This document shows positions 43,730 through 55,361 of a DNA stretch of 64,000 bases, in pieces. The DNA comes from the human T2T-CHM13v2.0 reference genome, Homo sapiens: NCBI RefSeq assembly GCF_009914755.1, contig NC_060947.1; one strand, 5' to 3'. Position numbers and translations under genes: made by a program. Within the stretch, counting starts at the first letter, position 1, and every line of letters begins with the position of its first letter. The notes beneath the pieces were generated by a model. The model ran no database searches. It saw only the letters and a list, made by a program, of their open reading frames with translations, and was not told the origin of the DNA.

Positions 43730-44006
43730 TGCTCAGATCATTCCCTATCCTGTCAACTTCTTTTATTTTTCTTCATAACACTTATCACTTTACAGCATTT
43801 ATCATTGACCATAATTATCACATTCACTTGTTGGTTTTCTTTTTTTTTTTTTTTTTAATTTTGTAACTTCCCTCAACTGAAACGTAAAATCCATGAGAAC
43901 AAGGGCCTTGTCCGTTTTGTTCACCATTAAATATTCAGTTCTTAAACCTAAATGAGTGCTTGGCACAAAGTTAGAGTTCAATAGATAACTGGTGGTTAAA
44001 TGAATG
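43730..44006 (+). mobile_element. L2a 3' end
   Basis: ccatgagaacaaggg...agtgcttggcaca...aaatgaatg. Confidence 0.7.
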
Positions 44007-44224
44007 CATTGTGATGAAAAACTTGCAGCAAGAAAAGATGGATATTCTGATTCAGTCTCTCAAATAGATTTGTCCCTGTAATTAAGGTTCTGGTAAGGGA
44101 GTAGGCATTTGGATACTGTAAAAAGAACAGTTCAAATTTATGGAGAACATAATTATAGAAGACACTGTTGTAAATGTTTTACATATATTTACTTAATGCC
44201 ACAATAACTCTATGAGGGAGGTTT

Positions 44225-45271
<1,047 letters not shown>

Positions 45272-45852
45272 GTATTACTATAACTCTGTTTTAAAGACTA
45301 GGAAGTAGAGGCAAAAAGACGTAGAATAACATGTTCAAAATTGATTTCCTATTATTATTATTTCTATTCAGTTTTGTCCCCCCAACTAGTAGACCAGTAT
45401 TCAAAGCTAGACTATCTATCTTGAAAGCTCACCCTCTCAAACAATACGCTACAAGGCTTTTAACATGAGATTTGGAATAAGTAAGTTTTTTAACATAAAA
45501 AATATGTTGATAAATGAGTGGTTTCACTGCTCAGGGTTGTGTTAGTGTAAGTGTGGCTTACTCCAGACCCATGAGAGAGGGAAAACGTTGGTCTTCAACA
45601 TCTCTAGGTCTCCTTGAGACCTGAGGGCTCTCATGGAAAATGTTTTTGTTAATCTCATTTGTTCCACTCTAGACCACAGTATGCACTTTACTCAGACCAT
45701 CGATGAAAAGCAATTTGAGATACTGTTAATGAAAATAATTTATAAAGTCATTGTATTCTCAGAATTGTCAATGTTTTCTATATCACTTATGTATGTGTGT
45801 GTGTCTCTATCACACGCACAGAAGTGATATAGAAAGCATTTCCTATTCCTAA

Positions 45853-45921
45853 ATGTGTGTGTGTATATATGTATGTGTGTGTACATATGTGTATATATAT
45901 ATGTATAAATATATACACACA
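45853..45921. repeat. (TG)/(TA) microsatellite
   Basis: Seen directly. Confidence 0.8.
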
Positions 45922-47567
45922 AATCCCTTTCTTCTAGCACCGCCTACTTCAGCTTCTTTTCTGTATGATTTCAGAGGGAATTCTTCCTTGAAGCAAGTAA
46001 TCTCTGTATCATTAGCACAAAGTCATCCTTAGTATAATTGGCTTTAATTGCCTTTAATTATTTTATATCTAAATTAACGTACACTGCAGGACATTTAGAA
46101 CTGTAATAATGAAATATCTTATTATAGTGGTTTATTGAAGTACTATGCTCAGCTTTAACTTTTGGGAATCACTCTGAGGTCTAACAGTGCCCATAAATCA
46201 TTCTAATGGCAGAGGTTGAAGGTGCAATGGGACCCTGAGTAGGAAATGAAATACATAAACTTTTAAATTAACTCCTAGTAAGGCCTAGGGCTTTATTGTT
46301 ACTCTCATACTGCTAGAATTATGACAAAATTCAAATAGCCAATCCATTCACCAGCCACATAGTAAACTACCTTTAAAATTAATATATAAGTTAATATTTT
46401 TATATTTCCAGCATTGAAATAAGTATATTTATATCCTAAAGTATCTTAGAAGCTAGTTAAGCTAAAGAGATATCAGCTTCATTATTATTAATCCCTAAGT
46501 ATTAGGTGAACTAGTGATCTCAATGCCATGGATATTAGATGAAGAATTTTTTTTAAACTCAAGGCAAGAAACTAACTTCCTATAGCCTATATCTCAGTAT
46601 AATGCTCATTATAAATGAGTGTTATCAGATATTGTGAGCATGGTGAAAGGATAACGTCAGCTCTGTTACCTAGGTGGAAGGGATAGTTTTTTTTTTTTTA
46701 TCACATTCCAATATTACCAATAGTTGCCTGCATTGCATATCATAATATATTGTATACATTTACGTAGACACATGCAATATTTACAATAATCTTATTGAAT
46801 GGGGGGAAATCTATGTAACTAGACAAACCAGTTTCACCAGATGGGAAAAACAGAATAAGGACTTGTTTTGGAGCTTGCTTCCTAAATGTGTAACAGTTGG
46901 TTATAATCTTTCAGAAACCTGCTCCTGGACTGTGTTACCTTCCTGTGGTGAAAGAGCCCTTGAAGGAAGTAGCATCCACAAAAATCAAAGTTTGATCCAA
47001 CAACACAGAAAAGCAGCTGTATATCATTTTTTAAAAAAATCTCTTTGTAAAATGCCACATTTTGTAAGTCAGGGAGGCTGAACTTAAAACCTCATTTTAG
47101 GAATTAATTTATTCAAATAGTTGGGGCCCATAAAAGAGCATATTAATAAAAAATAAACTAAAATTTACCACCCTGAACTACTTTATAAGTGTTAGATTAT
47201 GCTTCCATTTGACTGCTCTGTCAATGTGGTTTTTCTAAGTGTTCTGCACCTGACTTGAGCCAAGTTACCACTAGGCCACATTTTTGTTACACTTTTCCTT
47301 CTATTCATCCAGCATGTGATTTGTCTCTTCAAGGTCAGTGCAATGTCAGCTCAATAAAGAGCTAATACACTTAGCAGATAATAACAAAAGATACCACATC
47401 AAGGAAACACTTGAGAGAGGTTTCCAATGACATATACCTCCCCAGTCCCCACCCTCAAGCTGACTTGAGATTTACTATGTTTACCCAAAATCCTGTTGTG
47501 GATTATTTTGTCTCTTTGTGTTTTTGCTATTGTTGGAGTTAAAATACTCTAATTATTTCTTGCATAT

Positions 47568-47947
47568 TGCTATGTCCTACTACATTTAGATGTTGGAAAC
47601 TTAATCTCCAATGCAGTACTGTTGAGAGGTGGAAACTTTAAGAGATGACTAGATCATAAGGGCTACTCTTCTGAATGGCTTAATGCTGTTATCACAGCAG
47701 TGAATTTGTTATCTTGAGAGTGCACTCCTGATAGAAGAATGAATTTGGCGCAGTTTCTTCTTTCTTTTTTCCCCTTGTGCTTCTTTGCCTTGTGATGCTT
47801 TCCACCATGGGAAGATACTCACCAGATGCTGTCACTTAGCTCTTGGACTTCCCAGCCTCTAGAACCATGAGCTAAATAAACTTCCGTTGTTTAGAAATTA
47901 CCCAGTCAGTGGTAATATGTTATGGGAGCAGAAAATGGGATAAGATG
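47568..47947 (+). mobile_element. MST-family MaLR solo LTR (MSTB/MSTC-like)
   Basis: gaaacttaatctccaatgc, tcttggacttcccagcctctagaaccatgagctaaataaa, aattacccagtc. Confidence 0.85.
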
Positions 47948-48069
47948 AATATAGCAAGAAAATCTGAGCCTAAAGCTCTCAGATAATGATATGAGAATCC
48001 TATTCTGTTCTGATAAGCTCATAGAAATAATGGTGAAGTTATAAAGTAATTATATTGTTAGAGTTTATT

Positions 48070-48280
48070 AACCATCAATCACCCTATTGCATATATTTAA
48101 TATATTTTTCCATTTAATGTACATAAAAGGTTATCATTTGGTTGTCATCACCCTTCCCATTTTAAGGAAGAGAAAATATGCTTAGAAATGGAAATTATTG
48201 TCCAAAGTCAAACAGTTAGAAAATATATCATCTGAGATTTGAACAAAAGTCTAAGCTCAAACCCAGAAGACTTTCCATTT
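48070..48280 (-). mobile_element. MIR fragment
   Basis: cccattttaaggaagagaaa...tccaaagtcaaacagttag...gagatttgaac. Confidence 0.6.
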
Positions 48281-48624
48281 AACCCCTAGCTTGTCACAAT
48301 ATCTTTCTGTAAATAGCTTCTCTGATGCCTTGAAAATGTAAAGCACTAGCACATCAAAATCAAATAATCACACATGCTTTTTGTATTTAATGTTTTTGAA
48401 ATACACATAGCTATACAAAAAAAAACTAACTTTAAATGTATACTAATTTAGATGCTAATAAGCGTACTTTTTAAGGCCAAAAAACCCACCAAAAACATAT
48501 TTACATCAAATGTGAAAAATAGTTTGGCCCTGCATCTATGGTTACTATCTGTCCTAGATAGAAAAGTTTTAATATAAGTATTTCTAATATACATTAACTG
48601 TCACAAAATTGCAATATTTCAAAG

Positions 48625-49630
48625 CCAACCAACCATTAGCTAGAGTAATTAGGAATAAAAAGAGAAGACTCAAATAAATAAAATCAGAAATGAAAGAAGA
48701 GACTTCGAAAATGATACCACAAAAATACAAAAGATCATTAAAAACTGCTATAAACAATTATATGTCAACAATTTGGATAAATTAGAAGAAATGAATAAAT
48801 TCCTAGAAATATACAACCTACCAGTACTGGATCATGAAGAAACAGAAAATCTGAACAGGCTAATAATGAGTAAGGAGATTCAATCCATAATAAAACTCTC
48901 CCATCAAAGAAAAGCCCAGGACCAGAAAACTTCACTACTGAATTCTAAAAAAAAAAATTTAAAAAAGAACTAATAACAATTCTTCTCAAACTCTTTCACA
49001 AAAAACTGAAGTAGAAATAATTCTTCAAAACTCATTTTATGAGGCCAGTATTACTCTGCTACCAAAGCAATACAGGTACACTACAAGAAATGAAAATCAC
49101 AGACCAAAATCCCTGATGAATCTAAGTGCAAAAATATTTTACAAAATATTAGCAAGCTGAATTCAAGCACCCATTAAAAGAATCATACAAGTGGAATTTA
49201 TCCCTGGGATGCAAGGATGTTTCAGCAAATGCAAATCATTAAATGTGACACATCACATTAAACAGAAATAAAGACAAAAGCCATAAAATCATCTCAATAT
49301 ATAGAGAAAAATCATTTGACAAAATTCAGTATCTTTTCATGATTAAAAATTTTCAACGGATTAGGTATAGAGGGAATGTATCTCAACATCTAAAATTGTC
49401 ATATATGACAAACCCATAGCTAACATCATACTCAATGGAGAAAAATTGAAAACTTTTTGTCTAAGATAAGAAACAAGACAAGCATGCCCTCTCATCACTG
49501 TTTTTTTTTTTTTTTAGCATAGTAATGGAAGTTGTAGCCAGAGCAATTAGGCATGAGAAAGAAATTTAAAAAGCATCCTAATACGAAAGGAAGAAGCAAA
49601 ATTGCCTCAGTTTGCCCATTACATAATCTT
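48625..49630 (+). mobile_element. L1 (MA/PB-age) ORF2 fragment
   Basis: ORF 48773-48973 (LEEMNKFLEIYNLP) and ggatgcaaggatg RT region. Many stops. Confidence 0.9.
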
Positions 49631-49776
49631 AGTTTAGAAAGCAAAGTAACTTCTTACCTTATAACCTTCATCCCATCTTTAAAAAAGGGACAACCAAAAA
49701 ACAGAGGACTAATGTTTAAAAGTGGAAAAAAAGTGTATGCCAAGAAAGTCTTTGTTAGTATTAAAATTTTAATCTA

Positions 49777-49834
49777 TCACATGGACTACAACCATGACTA
49801 ATGATATGAAAAACCATCGTTGTACTTCAAGAAC
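49777..49834 (-). pseudogene. MT-TE: mt-tRNA-Glu pseudogene
   Basis: catggactacaaccatgactaatgatatgaaaaaccatcgttgta immediately before the CYTB ATG, with a small deletion. Confidence 0.9.
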
Positions 49835-49838
49835 ACCA

Positions 49839-50963
49839 ATGACCAATACCCGCAAAACACACCCACTAATAAAAATTATTAACTACTCATTCATTGATCT
49901 TCCCACACCATCTAACATTTCTATATGATGAAACTTCAGCTCACTTCTTGGTGCCTACCTAATTCCTCAGATCATCACAGGATTATTTTTGGCCATACAC
50001 TATACATCAGACACCTTACCTGCCTTCTCTTTAGTCACTCATATGAGCTGAGATGTAAACTACGACTGAATGGTCCACTATTTTTATGCTAATGGTGCCT
50101 CAATATTTTTCATCTGCCTCTTCTTACACATTGGCCAAGGCTTATACTATGGGTCATTCCTATTTCTAGAAACCTGAAATATTGGCATTATCCTCCTACT
50201 TAACAACTATAGCAACAGCATTCATAGGCTACGTGCTCCCATGAGGCCAAATATCATTCTAAGGTGCTACAGTAATTACAAATCTACTATTAGCCATCCC
50301 ATATATTGGAGCCGACCTTGTACAATGAATCCTATGAAGATTCTCAGTTGACAAAGCCACCCTCATACGATTTTATGCCTTCCATTTCATCTTACCCTTC
50401 ATCATTACAGCTCTAGCAACTGTTCACCTTTTATTCTTACATGAAACAGGATCTAACAACCGTCGTTTCATCAGACTCCGACAAAATCACTTTCCACCCC
50501 TACTATACAACCAAAGACATTCTAGGTTTAATTTTTCTCCTCATCCTTCTAATAACTCTAGTACTATTTTCACCTGACCTCCTGAGCGACACTTTAGCCA
50601 ACCTCCTCAATACCCCACCCCACATTAAGCCAGAATGGTACTTTCTGTTTGCATACACAATTTTACCATCTATCCCTAACAAATTAGGAGGCGTGCTAGC
50701 CCTCATATCTTCCATTCTCATTCTACAAGTTATTCTTGTACTTCACGTGTCTAAACAACAAAGCATAATATTCCGGCCATTAAGCCAATGCCTATTCTGA
50801 GTCCTAGCGGCTGACCTGCTTACACTCACATGAATCAGAGGGCAGCCAGTCGAATACCCTTTTATTGCCATCAGACAGACAGCATCTATTATGTACTTTT
50901 CTACCATCCTCACCCTTACACCATGCACTACCCTAATTGAAAATAAATTACTTAAATGAAAAT
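49839..50963 (+). pseudogene. MT-CYB: Cytochrome b NUMT pseudogene (MTCYBP-type)
   Basis: In the mito code it reads [32 protein letters not shown]...[12 protein letters not shown]...IPNKLGGV. +1 frameshift near 50202, TAA at 50260-50262, and PDNY missing in LLSDTLAN. Confidence 0.97.
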
Positions 50964-51030
50964 GTCCTTGTAGTATAATTCAATACTCTGGCCTTGTAAA
51001 CCAGAAATGGAGAATCCCCTCCCCAGGACA
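50964..51030 (+). pseudogene. MT-TT: mt-tRNA-Thr pseudogene
   Basis: gtccttgtagtata...ccttgtaaaccag...caggaca, anticodon TGT. Confidence 0.92.
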
Positions 51031-51032
51031 AC

Positions 51033-51101
51033 TCAGGGAAAAAAGCATGCCCACTTCACCGTCAACACCCAAAGCTGAAATTCTAATTAATCTACTCCCT
51101 G
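51033..51101 (-). pseudogene. MT-TP: mt-tRNA-Pro pseudogene
   Basis: tcagggaaaaaag...caacacccaaagctgaaattctaatt...ctccctg. Confidence 0.92.
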
Positions 51102-52456
51102 AATTTTTCTCAGCACATACTTTAACAACTATGTCAGTATTAATCAATTAGCACTAATACATTAGTGCTCTTATGTACTTCGTGCATTACCGCTAGTCCC
51201 CATGAATAATATATAGTACTATAAGTGTTTATTCGTACGTAGTACATTCATACATGAAAATACATTACAAATCTAGTCCACATACATATAAGCACATATT
51301 AACAATTCTTTAATCAACTATTGCACATCTACTATTATTGACCGTACAACACAGACTTAATCCATACAAATATTGATCCATACTATAAATCCTTAATATC
51401 ACATAGTACATATATTCGTTCACTGGACATAGCACATTTTAGTTCAAAAATCCCTTGTCAACATGGATACCCCCTACCAAATTTTGGTCTCTTAATCTAC
51501 CAACTTCCGGGAAATCATCATCCCGCTTGGGAGTGCTACCCTCCTCGCTGTGGGCCCATAAAACTTGGGGATGACTATCCTGAAACTATACCGGGCATCT
51601 AGTTCTTACTTCAGGGCCATAAAACTAAGACAGCCCACACGTTCCCCTTAAATAAGACATCTCGATGGACTAATGACTACCACCCTATTAATCAGTCACG
51701 AGAGTACTGTCATGCATTTGGTATTTTTAACTTTGGGGGATGCTATCACTTACCATCGCGGAAGGCCTGGTCCCTTCCGAATCTGCTGTAGACGAACTCG
51801 GATTTGATTCCTGCCAAATCAATTGTAGAAGCTGAGCTTATATTGAATATTTTAGGCTAGTATAATAAGCATAATGTGTTAATTAAGCCATGCTTGAAGG
51901 ACATAACAATTAATCAATAGGCACGTACGCTCACGCACGTACCCTCACGCACGTACGCTCACGCACGTACGCTCACTTTCAAGAACTATTTCCGATTAAA
52001 TCCGCAACCTCCCCACCCCCATCTCTGACTTTACCATCAACCTAGGTAAATGTACTCTTGCCAAACCCCAAAAACAAGAGACTAAAATGCAACCCAGAGC
52101 CCAGAAATCATATTTTAAACATGAATGCCCCAACAGCTACCCCTCGATTGATGTAATTTTTCAAAAAATCTTAAGACCCTTCTACTAAATTAAACCTCCA
52201 TTTTATATAGTAAATACAATAACTAAACTTCCACCCTAATACTAATATAACATGTTGAGCATATCCCTCTGAAAGCACTACCCCATATATTATATCCTAA
52301 ATAAATTATACTCTAATTAGAAGTAATTCTCTCAACCCAACCTCTGCCAATTCAGCTTTAAAACCCTGAATTCCCAGAACTGTAAAAGACTATTTATATT
52401 TACTTATTTCTTTCTTTCTTTGTCATATTTTAATTCTACATTTAAATATTTATACA
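51102..52456 (+). other. Fossil mitochondrial control region (D-loop), about 1355 bp
   Basis: ETAS-like tatgtacttcgtgcatta. Central blocks (ttcttacttcagggccat, gttccccttaaataagacatctcgatggactaatgac). CSB1 catgcttgaaggacataa, CSB2-like C tract at about 52007-52020, CSB3 tgccaaaccccaaaaacaaga. Confidence 0.95.
51921..51976 (+). repeat. Four 14 bp tandem units (gcacgtacgctcac) between CSB1 and CSB2
   Basis: Units start at 51921, 51935, 51949 and 51963. One substitution in unit 2. Confidence 0.95.
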
Positions 52457-52528
52457 GTTAATGTAGCTTAATTATTTCAAAGCAAGACACTGAAAGTGTC
52501 TAGACGGGTCTGCACAACATCATAAACA
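52457..52528 (+). pseudogene. MT-TF: mt-tRNA-Phe pseudogene
   Basis: gttaatgtagctta...aaagcaagacactgaaagtgtctagacggg...cataaaca. Confidence 0.93.
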
Positions 52529-52584
52529 AATAGGCTTGGTCCTGGCCTTTCTATTAGCTCTTAGTAAGATTACACATGCAAGCA
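52529..52584 (+). pseudogene. MT-RNR1: 12S rRNA 5' fragment (NUMT)
   Basis: aataggcttggtcctggcctttctattagctcttagtaagattacacatgcaagca. Confidence 0.92.
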
Positions 52585-53175
52585 CGTAGAGATGATGTTA
52601 GTTTAAAAACTACATGTTTTGTGGTGGAATGAGGGCACAGATCAAGAAAAAGGGTAGATAGTCTTTAAGATACTTACATACTTGTTCTATTAGAACTAAT
52701 TATGACAGAATTTAATTCAGAAAAATAATGAGGCGGTTGATATCTTCTCCATCAGAAAATCTGTTAATTTGCTAAATATGGCTACTTGTTCTAAATTATA
52801 TTCTGCATTCTGATTTTAAAGTCATAAATCTGTAGAACACAGTAACCATTTATGAGAAACTATTTTTCTTATTAGGATGTTCACCCAAATTGTCTCTTAG
52901 GAGCATTTACTTTTTTAGTGGTATAATCCTTCATATTTGACAGTGAGTCCTAAGATTTTGTGATTTGGAGGTAACTACATTAGGAAATGTTTAAATGCAA
53001 TGTTCCTGGGAGAAGGAATGCAGTAACCTATCACTTATACTAGCAATCTGTGCACAATTTATAGTATTGATTTCTAATGGACTAATTCACATAATCTGTG
53101 GCAATGAGTGGGGAGAGCAGGGAGTTGTAGGAATAGTAAATTATGATTGGAGAGTGTAGCAGAAGAGGGATTATA

Positions 53176-53255
53176 TTAGGTTGGTGCAAAAGTAATTGCG
53201 GTTTTTGCCATTCCTGCCAATGGCAAAAACCACAATTACTTTTGTATCAACCTAA
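53176..53255. mobile_element. MADE1, intact 80 bp palindrome
   Basis: ttaggttggtgcaaaagtaattgcggtttttgcca...tggcaaaaaccacaattacttttgtatcaacctaa. Confidence 0.95.
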
Positions 53256-53984
53256 GAGTAACATGGGTACAGCCAAGAAATGGCAAATCTGGGAAAGACA
53301 TTTAATTGATAAGGATTGAGGAGTGGGATGGTTGAGAAGAGGAACACTGAAAATTAATATAGGAATAAATTAAATTAAAATAGGCCAGCTATATGCCAGT
53401 TGTTGAAGTATGACCTTGTAAACAAACTTCACATCGTTTAGCTGTGCCTCAGAAGAAAGAAGTGCTGCCTTTCCAGCTGCAAATGACTCCATCTAAGTTG
53501 CTTCTATAACTTCAGGAAGTGAAAATACATATTAATAAGTCTGAATAAAAATATATTACTCAAAATAAAGATGAAAAACAGCTGAGATCTCATTCACAAC
53601 AATCATTAGACTTCACAGACAGATGGGAACAGAGATGGAATGATGGACAATCAAATGTGCTATTAGCTCTGGCAGGTTTTAAATATTGGCTGACTTTTGA
53701 AGCCCATGTGAAAAACAACTCAATAGAAACACTACACATATTCAATGTATATTTATGTATAATTAGCAAAAGAATTTACCTTTGTTCTCCTTGAGCTTCC
53801 CCTTATTTTCCTTAGATTACTTTTAGTAAGTCTGTTATCTCTATGCCATGTAAAAATGAATGATTTGAAAAGGAAAGACATGGAAATATTTTTTTAAAGT
53901 AAAAATTATGTAATTTCTTTTCAACCAGCAACCAGTGGAAAAGTTCAGATTTGATGCTAATAAAAAACTGATGTGTTATTTCAC

Positions 53985-54030
53985 TTAAATGATTAACTGG
54001 ATTGTATTTTGCTTGCCTGCTATATAAAAG
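53985..54030 (+). promoter_or_regulatory. Candidate core promoter: HNF1-like site plus TATA box
   Basis: ttaaatgattaac (reverse complement GTTAATCATTTAA) at 53985-53997 and TATATAAAAG at 54021-54030, in non-repeat sequence. Confidence 0.4.
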
Positions 54031-55361
54031 ATAAGTACCTGTCGTATCCAGGAAGAGCGCAAGTAATTCATGTATATAGTCTAATTAGTTTGAGTGGTTT
54101 TCTTTTGTAAGTTTTTTGAGGAAGTATCATTTCAATTAAATCCCAACACTATCATCCACAGTCTACCACCTATTACTGGCACACGTGTTTTTCTGTCATG
54201 TTGTGAAATCTTTCGAAATAATAGTTTAAAATGTCTTCTGTGTCTTGCTTCCAGCAGCTAATAAGTGTGAACAAAAGTCAGGAAAGCTCTGTGTTACCGA
54301 AGATTAGAACCACCAAAATGTAAGGTTCTGCCAGTCAAAACTCCAGGTGTGTGAGTAAAGCAGTTACAGCAACTGATTCTTTTAAGCCAGATAGAATTAT
54401 TTGTCTTCAATCACGCTTATGCATAATTTTAATTTATTCTTTATATATTATAGAAAAGGATACTTTCTTACTTCATTTCCTGTGGGATAGTGACATATCA
54501 CACTGTAGGGTATATTTTCTAGAAGCTGTTGTATTATGTATGGAGGCATAAGAAGAAGGAAAGGAGATTACTACATACCGTAAATTAAATATGGACTATT
54601 TGAATGCACAGGAAGGTGCCTTTAAAACATGGTGATACATTTTTTTTTCCATATGCCATGTGCCTTCAAATTCAGGAACATATATAGTGATTTGTAAGCA
54701 ATGTGTTTCCTTTGACCAAACAGGCACCTCCTTATTTGCGTAGAGTTGGTGTTGAAAATGCCAATGAAACGTTCCAAAATACATCTTTGTCACCTCATTC
54801 ACTGTGCTGAATCAGCACTCTCTGAGCACAGAGTTTTCTTGAAAGTTTCTTCAAAATATTACACACTGGAGGGGATATGTTCACAAAGCCTGATTCAGCA
54901 TGTGAAGTAAGAGGGGAAGTGAGAGATTTATAGGGTTCCTTCAGTACTGGATAGAGCCATGCTGATGAATAAAAGGTTGATTATGCAAGTTAGCCTATGT
55001 GTGTTGAGCTTCCAGAGAATGAATCTCAGTCTCTTCACTTTGTTTGAGATTAACACTTTCAGTACCCCAGTTATATGCTCTGCTACACATAACACACACC
55101 CTCCATCACACTTGTATTTGAATAATACTTTTAAAAATTTTTTCCCATTTGCCATTTCATTTATTCTTCTCCATACAATGATTAGGTATGCCGGACATGT
55201 ATGATTAGCCAAATTTGAAGATAAACAACATAAGGCAAAGAGAGATTAAGTAACTTATCTAAAATCCTATAGTTAATTATTGATAGAGTTGAGGCTAGAA
55301 GAATATCAAGGTTTCTTGACTTCCATTCTATGAAATTTTCAATGCACATATTGTCTACATG

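Larger units (their letters stand above)
49777..52584 (+). pseudogene. NUMT: old nuclear mitochondrial insertion spanning tRNA-Glu, CYTB, tRNA-Thr, tRNA-Pro, D-loop, tRNA-Phe and 12S 5' end
   Basis: Vertebrate mtDNA gene order is intact and flanked by nuclear sequence. CYTB is disabled. Confidence 0.98.

Noticed and set aside
50441-50800. 119 aa ORF with the cytochrome b PEWY motif as a functional CDS
   Set aside because: It is a piece of a frameshifted, stop-containing NUMT. It starts out of frame and lacks PDNY.
51921-51976. CRISPR-like array
   Set aside because: The units are contiguous 14 bp repeats with no spacers, in a eukaryotic context.
49777-52584. True mtDNA or contamination from another species
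   Set aside because: It carries disabling mutations and is embedded contiguously in primate repeat-containing nuclear DNA.
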